Source of the DNA: Antedon mediterranea
Lineage: Eukaryota; Animalia; Echinodermata
Assembly: GCF_964355755.1 (NCBI RefSeq)
Contig: NC_092676.1
Location: 3,201,888 to 3,265,887, forward strand
DNA: 64,000 nt
Reading direction: 5' to 3'
A program made the translations under genes and the position numbers. The stretch's first letter is position 1. Each line of letters opens with the position of its first letter. The notes beneath the pieces are model-generated. The model worked only from the letters and a program-made list of their open reading frames with translations, did no database searches and had not been told where the DNA came from. Positions 1 to 13,400 of this stretch are shown piece after piece.

Positions 1-3000
1 AAATACCAACCTTTTAAAATTCAATTATTATGCCATATATGCACATATATTGCGTTATCATCATCATCAGAGTAACTAGATATGTCAAAAAATAAAAATG
101 GTCAAAATTTGGGCATTTTTCGAAAAAAAAAATCCCTGTACAGGGATTTTTTTTTCAGAAAATGGCAAAATTTCGACCCTTTTATTTTTCGACAAAACTG
201 TGTAATATGGCTTTATAAGTTGTTGCAAAGCAATATATGCGCACATATAGCCATTTGATCGCATAAATATTGAATTTTAAAAAGTCGATATTTTGGGCAT
301 TTTACAAAAAAATTCCTGTACTATAGTAAGGGATTTTTTAAAAAAATGGCAAAATTTGGACCTTTTTATTTTTCGACAAAACTGTGTAATATGGCTCTAT
401 AAGTTGTTGCAAATCAATATATGCGCACATATAGCAATATTATCGCATAATAATTGAATTTTAAAAAGTCGATATTTTGGGCATTTTTAAAAAAAATCCC
501 TGTACTATAGTAAGGGATTTTTTAAAAAAATGGCAAAATTTCGACCTTTTAATTTTTCGACAAAACTGTGTAATATGGCTCTATAAGTTGTTGCAAATCA
601 ATATATGCGCACATATAGCAATATTATCACATAATAATTGAATTTTAAAGGTCGATATTTTGGGCCTTTTTCCGAAAAAAATCTCTGTACTATTAGTACA
701 GGGATTTTTTCCAGAAAATGGCAAAATTTCGACCTTTCTATTTTTCGACAAAACTGTGTAATATGGCTCTATAAGTTGTTGCAAATCAATATATGCGCAC
801 ATATAGCAATATTATCGCATAATAATTGAATTTTAAAAAGTCGATATTTTGGGCATTTTTAAAAAAAATCCCTGTACTATAGTAAGGGATTTTTTAAAAA
901 AATGGCAAAATTTCGACCTTTTAATTTTTCGACAAAACTGTGTAATATGGCTCTATAAGTTGTTGCAAATCAATATATGCGCACATATAGCAATATTATC
1001 GCATAATAATTGAATTTTAAAGGTCGATATTTTGGGCCTTTTTCCGAAAAAATCTCTGTACTATTAGTACAGGGATTTTTTCCAGAAAATGGCAAAATTT
1101 CGACCTTTTTATTTTTAGACAAAACTGTGTAATATGGCTTTATAAGTTGTTGCAAAGCAATATATGCGTACAAATAGCGATATCATCGCATAAATATTGA
1201 ATTTTAAAAATTCGATATTTTTGGCATTTTTCAAAAAAATCCCGGTACTATAGTAAGGGATTTTTTACAAAAATGGCAAAATTTCGACCTTTTTATTTTT
1301 CGACAAAACTGTGTAATATGGCTCTATAAGTTGTTGCAAATCAATATATGCGCACATATAGCGATATTATCGCATAATTATTGAATTTTAAAGAGTCGAT
1401 ATTTTGGGAATTTTTCGAAAAAATCCCTGTACTATAGTAAGGGATTTTTTTCAGAAAATGGCAAAATTTCGACCTTTCTATTTTTCGACAAAACTGTGTA
1501 ATATGGCTCTATAAGTTGTTGCAAAGCAATATATGCGCACAAATAGCGATATTATCGCATAAATATTGAATTTTAAAAAGTCGATATTTTGGGCATTATT
1601 CGAAAAAATCCCTGTACTATAGTAAGAGATTTTTTACAAAAATGGCAAAATTTCGACCTTTTTATTTTTCGACAAAACTGTGTAATGGCTCTATAAGTTG
1701 TTGCAAAGCAATATATGCGCACAAATAGCGATATTATCGCATAAATATTGAATTTTAAAAAGTCGATATTGTTGGCATTTTTTGAAAAAATCCCTGTACT
1801 AATAGTAAGGGATTTTTTCAAAATTATGGCTCTATAAGTTGTTGCAAAGCAATATATGCGCACATACAGCAATATTATCGCATAATAATTGAATTTTAAA
1901 AGGTCGATATTTTGGGCCTTTTTCCGAAAAGATCTCTGTACTATTAGTAGGCCTACAGGGATTTTTTCTAGAAAATGGCAAAATTTTGACCTTTTTATTT
2001 TTCGACAAAACTGTGTAATATGGCTCTATAAGTGCTTGCAAATCAATATATGCGCACATATAGCAATATTATCGCATAATAATTGAATTTTAAAAGGTCG
2101 ATATTTTGAGCATTTTTCGAAAAAATCCCTGTACTATAGTAAGGGATTTTTTACAAAAATTGCAAAATTTCGACCTTTTTATTTTTCGACAAAACTGTGT
2201 AATATGGCTCTATAAGTTGTTGCAAAGCAATATATGCGCACATATAGCAATATTATCGCATAATAATTGAATTTTAAAGGTCGATATTTTGGGCCTTTTT
2301 CCGAAAAAATCTCTGTACTATTAGTACAGGGATTTTTTCCAGAAAATGGCAAAATTTCGACCTTTTTATTTTTCGACAAAACTGTGTAATATGGCTCTAT
2401 AAGTTGTTGCAAAGCAATATATGCGCACAAATAGCGATGTTATCGCATAAATATTGAATTTCAAAAAGTCGATATTTTGGGCATTTTTCGAAAAAATCCC
2501 TGTACTATAGTAAGGGATTTTTTACAAAAATTGCAAAATTTCGACCTTTTTATTTTTCGACAAAACTGTGTAATATGGCTCTATAAATTGTTGCAAAGCA
2601 ATATATGCGCACAAATAGCGATATTATCGCAAAAATATTGAATTTTAAAAAGTCGATATTTTTGGCATTTTTAAAAAAAATCCCTGTACTATAGTAAGGG
2701 ATTTTTTACAAAAATGGCAAAAATTTCGACCTTTTTATTTTTCGACAAAACTGTGTAATATGGCTCTATAAGTTGTTGCAAAGTAATATATGCGCACATA
2801 TAGCGATATTATCGCATAATTATTGAATTTTATAAAGTCGATATTTTGGGAATTTTTCGAAAAAATCCCTGTACTATAGTAAGGGATTTTTTCAAAATTA
2901 TGGCTCTATAGGCCTAAGTTGTTGCAAAGCAATATATGCGCACATACAGCAATATTATCGCATAATAATTGAATTTGATATTTTTGGCATTTTCCGAAAA

Positions 3001-3520
3001 AATTCTTGTACTATAGTAAGGGATTTTTTACAAAAATGGCAAAAATTTCGACCTTTTTATTTTTCGACAAAGCTGTGTAATATGGCTCTATAAGTTGTTG
3101 CAAAGTAATATATGCGCACATATAGCGATATTATCGCATAATTATTGAATTTTAAAGAGTCGATATTTTGGGAATTTTTCGAAAAAATCCCTGTACTATA
3201 GTAAGGGATTTTTTTCAGAAAATGGCAAAATTTCGACCCTTTTATTTTTCGACAAAACTGTGTAATATGGCTCTATAAGTTGTTGCAAAGCAATATATGC
3301 GCACATATAGCGATATTATCGCATAATTATTGAATTTTATAAAGTCGATATTTTGGGAATTTTTCAAAATTATGGCTCTATAAGTTGTTGCAAAGCAATA
3401 TATGCGCACATACAGCAATATTATCGCATAATAATTGAATTTGATATTTTTGGCATTTTCCGAAAAAATTCCTGTACTAATAGTACAGGGATTTTTTCAG
3501 AAAATGGCAACATTTCTACC
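1..3520. repeat. Satellite DNA array, ~186-bp monomer, ~19 copies, probably continuing upstream
   Basis: The motif ggctctataagttgttgcaaa..atatatgcgcacatatagc recurs about every 185-188 bp (e.g. ~581, 769, 953, 1141, 1324, 1509). Monomers contain A/T tracts and internal palindromes. Confidence 0.97.
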
Positions 3521-3852
3521 ATTTTATTTTTCTTGTTAAAGCCTCATTTTACTTTGTTCATAATATAAACTATTTTCTTTATATTATATCTATTTACATT
3601 TCAGTTTTTAAAATACATGGCCAACCAATCATCGATTGTTATTTTGACCAATTAGATCCTTTCTAGTATGATTATGTTATTTATGTTTGTTGGTGTTGTT
3701 ACACATAATAAGAAAGAAGGAATATAACATGAATGGTTTCTGATAGAAAATTGCGTTATTTTTACATTATGATTGTGGAGATAAAACGGAAATTCAACTG
3801 TAATTTTTTTTAATGCAATTATTCCACTTATTTTAAATGTAAACTGCTGTCC

Positions 3853-3855
<3 letters not shown>

Positions 3856-3886
<31 letters not shown>

Positions 3887-4161
3887 CCTGGATTTATATA
3901 GCGCCTAATGTTGGAAAACGTCTAAGCGCTGAACATTATTACCCTGGTCATTTCTGCATCAATTATGTATGGAAACATACTCCCATAATGCAGCTAGTTA
4001 CCAGCGCAAAGTTTTGTCTTGATCTAACCGGACACCCATTTATACACCTGGGTAGAGAGGCAAACGTAAGTAAAGTGACTTGCCTAAGGATAAACACAAT
4101 GCGGCAGAGTTGGATTCGAACCATGCTCTCACGATCAGTAGTCCACTGCGCCACACACCCT
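3856..4161 (-). mobile_element. tRNA-derived SINE with (AAT)n tail
   Basis: The minus-strand head has A box-like GTGGCGCAGTGG and B box GGTTCGAATCC, a central CCTTAGGCAAGTCACTT..CCCAGGTGTATAAATGGG segment and a 3' AGCGCTTAGA..GGCGCTATATAAAT end with a trinucleotide tail. A second copy lies at 47351-47657. Confidence 0.85.
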
Positions 4162-4477
4162 CATAACAGGGGAAAAAATTGTGGAATAATTCCGAAATAT
4201 CTGGTGCATCAGAAGCGCAGCTTAATATTGTAAAGTCAAGTAACATATCGATTTACAATTAAGTCCCCACTTGACTTACTTAAACAAGAATGTACGTATG
4301 ACAGATAACTTGACCAACCACTACAAATCACACGAGAACGCGACAGTTTGGATGATCCATCGTCTAACTGACAAACTGACTGACCGATACGCTTTTGAAT
4401 GATGCATAAAACACTCTCTATTATGTATTATGAATAAATCAAATATATATAGCGATATTCTAACGGTAACAAAAAGA

Positions 4478-7400
4478 TTATATATAAATAGCTGCTGGAC
4501 ACTCGTCTCTTTGGGGAGACGCGTGCGCACTGGATCGTCTCTTGAATCCATTTTGTTCTAATATTTCTCCATTCGCTCTTTTGTTAAACACTGCTGTACT
4601 CTCGGGTAATGCGGTTACTGGTAACGACAGACGCCGGTTAGAATTGATTTCTGTGAATGTCATTGGTCTACGCTTACCTAATTGTTGTTTTCCAAAATAG
4701 TTGTCAGAAAAAACTTCCGGGTCGGGAAGCTTTTGCTCATTAAAAACTTCCGGGTCGGGAAGCATTTGCTGGCTTGTGTATGGGCGCATGCTCATTGGTT
4801 TGCTTTTAGATTTGATGTCATCGATTGTCGAGTACACGTCTTCTCTGGTGTATGGCTGCATACGATATGAATCAATTTCCGTTGTGGATCTATCAGGCTG
4901 AGATTGTGATCTACGGTAAAGTGACGATTTAGCTGGATTTGTTCTTTTTACGGTTGCATAAACTGGTGTAGTCATCTGAGTAGGTATATTAACTAAATCG
5001 ATTATGTCATCTGGTGTTGTGTCAAATCCTTCTCTTACGGCCCATCCATTGGTATTGTCGTGTTCTCTGATGTCATACACATTGCCCTGCTTTCTGATGT
5101 CATCACTGCCCATACTACTCCGTTCAACATGTAAAACTTTTCCATCATCAGGGTGTTCAGATATAGCTGTGAGGTGCTTGTTTATGTTTGTTCTGTTAAC
5201 TAATCTTGGGACAGGGATAGGTTTAACAGAGTCGGTAGCACCGCCCAAAGCAGGCTCAGACACTGAACGACTTATCGTGCGTATAGGTTTGTCATCATCA
5301 GGCACTGTCCATTTTAGCTTAGCCGGCGCCTTTTTGTCAACGCCATGTTGATCAATGGAATCTGCAGACGTTGATGGCCGTTCATCACTTTCACTACCGA
5401 TTTCATGAAGGCTTGTGGTGCTACCTTGCACAGGCATTAACCACTTCAATTTACTAGTATTTGTTGGAGGCGCAGTACTAACTACTTTTACAGCGTCTAC
5501 CTCATTTTCAATAACAGGTACTGTTGGTTTAAATTTACTAATCACTTTGACGTCGTCTGGTTTAGGTAATGTTGTCACAATGTGAACATTATCAATGAAA
5601 ATAGGAATAACCGTTTTAGACTCTTCTGGGTTTATTCCATTTGTCGACTGGCTAACGTTATTGACAACCTTAGATGAAGGCTTCACCACATCACCATTTG
5701 CCGATGAAGCATCATCAAAACCGTAATTAATCTGGGCCAATGAATTCCTATCCCATGTTACTCGTTTCTTTTTGTTTAGATCATTCTTGATTTCTAATTT
5801 CTTCTCATCGTCGTTTTGCCAGTTTGGCCGTGCGGCTACAAGCGTTCGCCAACATATTAAGTTGCATATTACACTGACTGTTTTTAGAGCTACAGTGACT
5901 CCGAAAAATGCTAGCCTAAAATCATCCAAGTTGTAAATTGAACACGAACCTTTCTCACCGCACGTTTTCTCCCAGAAAATACAACTAGAGTCGATTGCAG
6001 CTCCGAATATAAGAGGCGCTGGAATCATACCTATAAGAAAACAATCAAAGATGCAACTTGAATGAGTGTGTCACAATTGTAAAAAGTATTTATATATTTT
6101 TTTTATTGAAATGAGGACGGCAGGAATGCATCGTTATATCCATCTACACTGTTCTTTGGTTCCCACACAAGGACGCCGTATGCGCAAAGACATATAATTT
6201 ATCTAACTTTTCTGATAAACTGTGATTGGTCTAATTTCTGGCATAGCGTGTACTGTACGTCATAGCTTTGCCTAGAAAGCATAACCTCAATCTGAAACTT
6301 ACCGAATAATCGCATAAAGATTTCTCGCATACCAATTGCCATAGCCTTGTCATCTTCATCTACAGATCTGAAAGACAACACACCATAGACCTAATTGTTA
6401 CAGGCGTTTATTTTCAAATTATTATATACACCAGTCATATGCTCACTATGTCGGTCGGTCTGTAAACACTAACTTGAGCACGCGACTGCAGCCATGTATA
6501 TGGCCTTGTTTGAAGTGGCTCTTCTTTGTGAAATTAGATAAAACATTTGTATAGGCTTACCTTAAAGTTACCATAGTTTGCGGCACCTCTTCCATACTGT
6601 TTGTACAGGCTATGACAAATAACAGCACAACAAATGGTGCTAGTGCATTACACGTCTTGCTGCACTGAGATGAATCCACCACACCTCCTGATTCAATGCA
6701 AGAACACGACTGCAATGACTATGGCGACAAAATAGAAAATACTATTGGTTATGGGCAGCAATTTGGGCCAAAATTAATGTGGGCCAAAATTAATGTAGGA
6801 CTCATGTTTAAAAAGCTCGAAAAGTGTGCATGCCATGTCAATCCACGCCTAAAGGTCAAAAGACCACCAAGTTAGGAAACGTTCGTCGTAAATGAGAATT
6901 TATCTTAAAGAAAGATAAGCAATAAGCAGCTCATACAAGACAATTCTCAGTTCTCTCACAATGAACTGTTTGTGAAGTCTCCAAGCAACGTCATTAACCA
7001 AATGGCTGGATTCGAGAAGGAAACATTTACAGTTAAAGACATTTAATTTAAAATGACAACAAAATTGTCGACAAAGTGTCCTCTTACCTGTTCTGCTTCG
7101 TCGGTACAACCAGCGTGACATGGTGAGAAATACGTCACACCGTCATCGCCACAAACTGGATCATACACTTCATGACAACTACAATTTGCATTGCATTCAG
7201 CAGTAAGCGTGACGCTATCACTATATAACAGAAACAATGGAAACAAATAGTAAATCCACAATATAATCCGTAAACAAAAACTCATAGAATTGTTTTTCCC
7301 TTTCACAACCAAAATTACGTCAGGCCACGAACAGTTTAGGACACTGGAAAACTTTTGTTTGCAAACTCGAGCAAACCCGAGTTTGGCAAGAGTGTAGTTT

Positions 7401-10400
7401 TCCAGTGTAGTTGTCTAGTGTAAACCAGTTTCGAGTTGTAGAAAACTTATTTGCAGAAGACTAGGCTAGGAAATAATCTTTGTAGCGAATTTTTTGCGTG
7501 TGGTACTGTTGTCTAGTGTACTTTTTAAATAAAAAATTAACGTCATTGCGAAATAGGGAAGCATATCACCAACAACCGTTTATCTAAACTGTAATTGGTC
7601 AAATCACTTTGTGCTGCGCTTACGTCATCCTTGCGTTGAGTTCTAGTGGAAACAATGTCCTCACTCACCTATTCTGATCGTACGCAGATGATATTCCAGC
7701 TATAGGTCCGCTACTGCACCCTAGTCCCAGCATAATTAACAGACCCGTTAACGTGATTAAACTTGTAATGAATAACACTTTTGCAGATTCTGTGATTCCA
7801 GCCCTTATCTTCTTTATCAAGTAGCCACCGACAAGCTGGCCAAGTCCGAATGCTGGCACAGGTACTAAACCTTAATAAAAAAAATATAGATATATTCTTA
7901 GTAACATGGAATTGTATATTTCACGGAATTGTATATTTCACGGAATTGTATACAACAAAGGAAAGATTGACTGTAGAATGAACGAAGAAATAAGCCTAAC
8001 TTCGGAAAACTTTATAATACCACATGTTCGCCGAGGAATCAAGATGACTCACCAGGAGAATTGAAACGCTTGTCGAGGAATCTCAGCGTGTTTTATGTAA
8101 CTACACCTGAGTTGATCATCAGATTGATCATCATGTGACATACCAGTTCCAGTTTGAGAGCCTGGATGTGAAGTTTGTAACTTCATTAAAAGTGCCCCCC
8201 CCCACCCATTTTTTATTTATGCCCCCGTATAAACTCTAACGTGTGCCGCTGATATTCCGGGAAGGGACATTCATTGTCTTTCGTAGGCTCGTTCCACTTT
8301 TATTCTCATATAATATTCTTAATATAATAATGAATTAATAATAGATATATTCATATAGTGCAAATAAAGGATGTCTCTATGCGCTCGACAATAAAGAGAA
8401 AGAGTGGAAACCAAAAGGAAGAGAACAAAAAGACAAGCTAGCACCCAAACCGGAGTATGGGGATACATCATCACCGCTAACTGGAGATCAGTGTGTAAGT
8501 ACCCCAGTAAGCATCGGTTAAGTCTTGATCTGTTCAGGGATCCGGTGCCTCCTAGCCTAGTCAGAAAACAACAACAGGCAAGAAATATACATACAATACT
8601 TCATCTTACTCTCTGTAGTAAAATCGTTCACATTGTGTATTTACTTAACATTGTAACAGTTGAGGGAATGCTTTTGAACAGTAAAAGAGAGCTGACGTTG
8701 GGATTATTCCTTAGAGTTTTTGTACAGGTAATATATTTATGGCGGTCAAGGTCAATGGAAATTGGGTTAACATAGAGTAATTACATTAATGTCATGACGA
8801 CAATATACAGTAATATAACTGTGGAAACCTAGTGGAAATTTCAAATAGTTCAAATTTATTAGAGTAAAGGGACTATAAAAATAAACGGAAACCAGTAAAT
8901 AAACGTCGATGACAACTACTTGTTACATATATTGTAACCGAATACTAACGTTATTATCTGTTTACTATCGAATAATTTCTTATGACCTCAAATATTTTAC
9001 TACTGTACCACACATCAATTCATTCATTTATTTAGAAACAGTTCCAAGAAATAAAAGAAGTATACATTTAAAATAACCTAAATGGTTGCAATGAATAAGA
9101 ACTGTTTCTGGGAGCAGAAAAAGAAGTATTGATACGAAAAAGAAGGACATTGATACTATGACGACAGTTGAATCAATGTACACGATATTTAGCCACGGAA
9201 ACAACGGGTGAAGCAAAGAGTTAAGCGTTTAGGGAGAAAGGCGTATCCTTCCATTTCTCGTCCCGTTTTTATGGGGCCTAAAGGAAATCCACATTGCTGA
9301 TTTGTTTTTCTTTATATTGTGTAACCTTGTACTTTTGTCGTTTTCTTTGTAAAGGTTCTTACAACTACAAAAAAAAAAGGCCATTTTCTTGGTATAATCC
9401 ACACACTTTCTATAAAAAATATATACTTGAATTGAAAAAGGAGAGAGGCGATTTCCAGATAGATGTTATTTTTTTAAAAAAATGGTGACTACTTTGATGC
9501 GGATTGATACATTAATGCGCTATATCAAACAGCATTTAGTTATTTTGTCAAAAATAAAATTTAAAAATAATATATACTAGAAAAAGACATGAAAAAGCAA
9601 TACATTAGAAAACGTCAATGAAATTAAACATTAAAAGCAGAAAAACATGAGATTCACTTTCATATCTAATTAACTTGTGCAGATTGATTCGAAGACAACA
9701 TTATGTTCCCAAATTTTGATTGACGTAATATATTTACAACTTACCAGTAAGAAGGTTAGCAGTTGCTGTCGACAGTCCAAATTGAGTTTCAAAATACTTC
9801 GGAATAAAACTTGTTATTCCAAAAACAATTGCCACTGTTGTTACAAAGCCAATGTTTACTGTCATAAATGGTAAATTCCTTAACAGCCGCCAAGTAGAAC
9901 GTGGTAAACCTAGAATGATAATGATTTATGGAAATAATTGTTTAAAGCTCTGTCTACACTATCAAACTAGTTTGACAACAAAAAGTGTGAAAGTGCAAAG
10001 ATATGGTACTGATATGACGTCATCATGTCTATATATCATCACATCACATAAAGTGTGATAGTGTGGGCAGAGCTTTAGACGTAGACCTACTAGATCACAT
10101 TTTAAATACGTGTGCAAACATCAAGATGAAGTTTTAATCAACTTACCACAACTCGTGGAGATCTTGCGTTTTGTATTAACCGTTTTTGGTGGCCTCTCTA
10201 GCAGCTGTTTTGGAAAACTGAAAAAAGGCAACGCAGAAACAAAGATGATAAAACCAGTGATAATGATTCCAATCCACCATGCTCCTGCCCAGTCTTCATC
10301 GTCTGACGTCAGTGGAATGGTATCGGTGTCAACACGGTAGAAGTCAATCCATAGCTTGATAAAAAAAGACGAGGCTACGAAGGACAAGATTGAGCCTACG

Positions 10401-13400
10401 CCGTACATACTGTTGATGATGCCTTAAAAGAGAAACAATGCTATGTCTGATTTGGTACTATTTTAAAAAAAAGATTAAAACCACAGTATTTTTATTTCTA
10501 ATTTATAAAACTGCAAAACTAACAATGAATAATTCTACGGTAAATTTTACAGTACATTCTTGTTTTTATAGCAAGCGTTTTTCTGATAAATTTCAAATGA
10601 AACTTTGTTAAAAGGTACATACCAATATAGAATGCTGAGTTGCCACTATTTGTGTTATCGTCAATGTAGGAGAAGCCCAGGGGCTTAACAGGCGTCCATG
10701 CCGCTCCTGCTATAGCTGCGCCAACAGCTAGCAAAATGTAGGCTTTCGAATTATCATCATTTTGATCTTGTTCATCTAACGAACAATCTAAAGATAAAGT
10801 GTTATTATAATAACTATATTTTCCGAAATAAAAGAAATTGTAATACAACGAACATGTAATAACGTACGGAATAAATATAATATATGTCTGTTGAATTTAT
10901 TAACCCAGTTAAACTAAACGAAAAAATAAAACCCACAAAATTTTAAATAACACAAACCTCAATTTATCTAATCACTTCGTTAATGTAAAAAATAAATAGA
11001 TTAGTTTTGAAAATCATGCGGCCTACCTTCATAATCACTCCTATTCAAACGGCAGCGGTTTTCGTTCGGGTGCGTATATAAAGCATACTCTCCGTAAATG
11101 AATTGAGGTAGAAAGATTATGATTGTTCCAATAGTTATAAAAAGGAGGCCGATACCAATCCACTGTGGTCGGTTTCTTGAACGTTTACCGCCAAAATAAA
11201 CTACGAATAACTGAACAGCCAGAGCACCTAAGTTGTATACGGTACCTATCAATGCAACCTGGAAAAGAACAAAACAAATAATTTATTCAATTTAATTTTA
11301 TTTCGGAACTAGTCCAAATAAACAATACAAATAACAACAACACAAATAAATAGATGCAAAAAGAGATTGGACTAAAAACAAGGTTAGAAAATAAACAACG
11401 AAAAAATAGACAATTAAGAATATTTTGGCCTAGAGTAGTTGGGTCCATTTTCTATATACAGTTTTGAATTTTTAAGCATTTACATTAAGCTTTAAATTTC
11501 CCCTTATTTAAAGAAATAAATAGATGCAAAAAGAGATTCGACTACAAACAAGGTTTGAAAAGTACTGTAAAAAGAGATAATTATGAATTTTCTATACAGT
11601 TTTGGATTTTAAAGCATTTACATTGTTAAATAAATTATATTAATTTCTTCGTATCTAAAGAACTGAACAATGCACGATGTTCAATTACTGGAAAGGATGG
11701 CGCTGGTTTAGACAAATCTATTGTACTGTTATATATTATTTCATTCAAATTACTGTTAATTACAAACAAACATTGTTATTTGCCTTTACACAGACGAGCG
11801 GTAACGGTAACAAAAAATAATGGATTCTATGTTATTCCTTATGACGATTTTCACACAAAGCGGAGCGGACGGACGGTTTCCGCTCAGGATAGATACAGAT
11901 TCTACGTAGGACAAGCTACGCGGTTTTCCGCTTACCGTTACCGCTCGTCTGTGTTATTTGCCTTTTAAACCTTGAAAGCTATAACAGTAGATTTGCAGTG
12001 AACCGTTTCCTCCTCCATAAATCTAGTATCTTTTATTAGGTAGCCGACAAAAATAAAGCCGGATTACGCCGCCAAAATAAAACTATTTTGGAAGGGTTAC
12101 GTGGGTAATTAACTATCCGATACTGTATCTAGGCAACATTTATAATTCCTGTATTATCATAGACAAATTCGTAAGCTCTGTCGACACTGACAACAAAATG
12201 TGATGTGCTCATATATGGACATGATGATGTCATACCACTACCATATTTAAGCATATTACGGTACCATACATATTTGGGCACATCACACTTATATTCGGCA
12301 TTACATATTACTACTGGATATGAAGATTTACTATGATTATAACTTATCGTAATTGTAACTTTTTTTATAAGCTAGCAATTTAAAAGAAAACTATATGTTA
12401 TTGTAAACCTTTATTTTTCATTATTTGTTGTAATAAACTATTTTGTGTTACGCTAGCGACCAGACAGGACAACAAACAAACACAGATAAACTTCATTTAT
12501 TATAATGACAAATATTTAAACGTGTATATTGTTAAATTTGTTGTAATAAACTATTATTTGTAATACTGATCCTTCATATTTAAAAAATTCTTTGTTGCAA
12601 CTCTCGAAATTCCTTGTTTATGGTCAAGTACTGTAGGCCTACTGTACAAGGATGTTTTGTACGATACGATAGTATTTATTGTCATTTAAACAACATTATA
12701 AGAGTTTTAATAAAGTTAACAACTTCCGTAGAAAAAAACCGATTATAAATTCAACAAAAACTCCATTGGCCAATTTTACTATTTGTTTGCTTTAAATTAC
12801 AGTTTTTTCATGTAAAAAAATTTGTTTTGTAACTAATTTTTGGTCAAACTGGCATAATGGCATATTTAAAAAAAAATGTCAATAATTATTTGTTAAGGGG
12901 GACAATACATCTTTAAAATGTTGCAGAAATCCTAAACAATACAGAGGACATTTAGCACATTTTAATGATCATAGTGGATATGAAACTGAACACTATGTAA
13001 AATAATGTGGTAAACTATACAGGGCAGGGTCCCACGGAGAACATTCTCAACATAACAACGTAAAGTTGGAATGTGGTGCTAATAATAATGTGGGTTTAAA
13101 CAGAGAGGATACAAAGAGATAAAAATGTTTAAAGATGTATTGTCCTCCAAAAACATGAAAAATGAAGATGAATTAATCTGACTATGAATAGGTTATTTGT
13201 AGTTTTAATAAAATGAATCACTTCCAAAGAAAAAAAAAACAAAAAAAAAAATGTTTTCACCTATAAAATAACATAATAATAATAATGGTTAAATGTAACC
13301 AAAAAACTGGCAGCCAAACACTGTTTGCTTTAAATTTCATTTTTTCCAGGTAAATAATTTTTTTTCCGATCCAATTTTTGGTCAAAGTGGATAACTATTA

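Noticed and set aside
1-3520. CRISPR-like array
   Set aside because: Whole monomers repeat with no unique spacers, the context is eukaryotic and no cas genes are present.
581-3568. Multiple short ORFs in the satellite
   Set aside because: By-products of the tandem repeat, with frameshifts between copies and no recognisable domain.
4682-5351. Plus-strand ORFs overlapping the OATP last exon
   Set aside because: Antisense shadows of the real coding exon; the same applies to 31665-32570 within BLTP3.
8330-8940. Possible solo LTR or 123-aa ORF in an OATP intron
   Set aside because: No clear TG...CA boundaries with TSD, no second copy and no recognisable protein motif.
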